A stretch of 64,000 nucleotides of DNA from Podarcis tiliguerta. Lineage: Eukaryota. Shown piece after piece: positions 62,206 through 64,000 of the stretch (position 1 is the first letter of the stretch; every line of letters begins with the position of its first letter). The notes beneath the pieces are model-generated. The model was not told the origin of the DNA, did no database searches, and was given only the letters and a program-made list of their open reading frames with translations. The stretch is from NCBI GenBank assembly GCA_965153285.1, contig OZ229114.1; one strand, 5' to 3'. The translations under genes and the position numbers were made by a program.

Positions 62206-64000
62206 TACTTGGATAGTAATAATAATTATATGGTGCTTTGCTATCCTTTTATTGTAGGCAGTTTTATGCCACTTCATTGTATATATCAAATCCATTCTGA
62301 TCTGCTTTTAAGAGTTTTCTTTTAGCTAGCCTGCATTTGCATCCTCCTTGGGTGGGTGTACCTCAGATATTGTCTCATCAGCAACCAGAGTGTGGATCCA
62401 AGTCAATCCACTAATCTCAGGAGAGGGGGGGTGCAGGCCTCTTGGCCTGTTAGCACAAATCTACCCCTCCCAGTATACTGTCATGGCAATTTCTGATGCC
62501 CCAAGGGAAGGCAAAAATAAAGGTCAAGCATCTGTAAAGTATGACTTTTCTGGCTTCCTAAGAAATAAAGACATTCAACAAGTTTTGGGATTTATTCTTG
62601 GAACATAAGATTGAACAATGTACAGCCTGTGTCCTTAAGCATTGTGCTGTTTTAAATCTGCCCCGTGGTATTTCAACTGAAAGGTTACAATTAAGAAATC
62701 CAGGCTCATTTCCTTGTACCAGCATTCTCACTTTAGATTCTCCAGTTGTTTTGTGGGCCCAGCCTAAAGGAAGCATCTCTTCCCCTTAATGAGAAGAGTA
62801 GGGAGATATTTTCTTCATTTCACATAATTAGATGCATAGCTTTACAGTAACAAAAAAAATTAGGCCCAGAAAACAGAACTGAATCCCCATTGTTCTGTTA
62901 TATTGTGCCTTCTGGTTTTTCAAAATTAGACCAGTTTAGTTTTTATGCCACAAAATGGAGTGAGCTTCTTGAATGAATGAGCTCAGCCATTTTGGGACGG
63001 CATGCTCCTTGAGATAACAGTGTGTTTTTTGAACCTTCTTTTTGAGCATGCTTTTTATAGGGCCAGTTTGATTACAAACACCAACTTTGAGAGTTACGTG
63101 GTTGTTCATTCTGTCATACTCTGCAATAATCCTGAATCAGTGTAAACAGGTCTTGGAGGGAATGTATACAAGTGCCCTTCTATGCCACTATTAAAGTAAC
63201 ACTGCAGTGGCTTCTTCACTTTAAAAAAACGAAAACCAAACACCTCTGGTTGGAAGCAGCTAAATGGCTGTAGTTTATAGGCAGTTAAATGCTGAGGCCA
63301 GTTGCCTTGTGTTTAACTCAAAAAAGTGCATCCGTCGTTGCCATTCTGAAAACTTTATCAGATTTCCCTCTTGACTGTGCTCTGCATGTGCCACCTGCAA
63401 AGAAAAAGTACAACACATTACATATTTTGTGGCTTCCTGCAGCTGTGCAAATCCTCCGAACTAGACATGCTTATAAGACCTTCTATTCAGGCTGCCTTTT
63501 TAATAGATGCAGCTAAGCTGGCACAGGGGCAGTTTGGGATTTTGATGGATTCAGCGCTATGTGGGAGAACATGCCAGTGTATTTTTGGATGCATGTTTCT
63601 AATCTGGAGATATATTTAAATTAATAGAGCTGTTAAAATGCTCTCCAAACGTTAGAGTGTGTGCTTTGTTTAAAGCTGAAATCCTTGACTGGTTCAAAGT
63701 AAACTTAGCAACCTTTGGAAGGGTACTTAATGGCAGTGCGTGATATAATATTGGCTCTTTTTTGCGGCCTTAAGTGTTTCCTTTAAAACTAAGGGTGTGG
63801 GGGGGTAGAATTCACTTTGGTTTGGGCCTTTTAACTGCTGTGGGCATATTGAGGGGCAAAGGACCCCCTCCTGTTACCATCTGGACTGTAGGAAAGGAAG
63901 GGCTCTTAATAAGCCTAAAATCACTAGGAAATGTTAAAGTAATACATTTACTCCTCCATGGCCACTAATCTAAACCTTTTCTGCATAAGTCTAATGGGAG

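Overview
Eukaryotic genomic DNA from a squamate reptile, most likely a lacertid lizard, judged from multiple Sauria SINEs plus BovB/RTE, CR1, L1, L2, Penelope and hAT/Tc1-mariner MITE relics. Two + strand spliced genes lie in the order known from human chr3q29. The first is the last five coding exons and 3' UTR of FYTTD1/UIF (205-8539, polyA signal near 10105). The second is the CpG-island promoter and first nine coding exons of LRCH3 (14457-60912), with a 27.4 kb first intron; the gene continues past the window. All exon phases join in frame. Most ORF-track entries are spurious. The most notable observations are: (1) a Sauria SINE plus about 170 bp of its unique 3' flank copied in inverted orientation from LRCH3 intron 1 to just downstream of FYTTD1 and fused to a second SINE tail; (2) a second short inverted duplication; (3) a Penelope-type minimal hammerhead ribozyme; (4) an L1 internal fragment with a perfect TSD but no 3' end; (5) a MITE flanked by inverted rather than direct repeats; (6) a competing frameshifting acceptor at LRCH3 exon 9. 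I found no evidence for a wholly new multi-gene system. Gene and repeat-family names come from recalled sequences, not from database searches.
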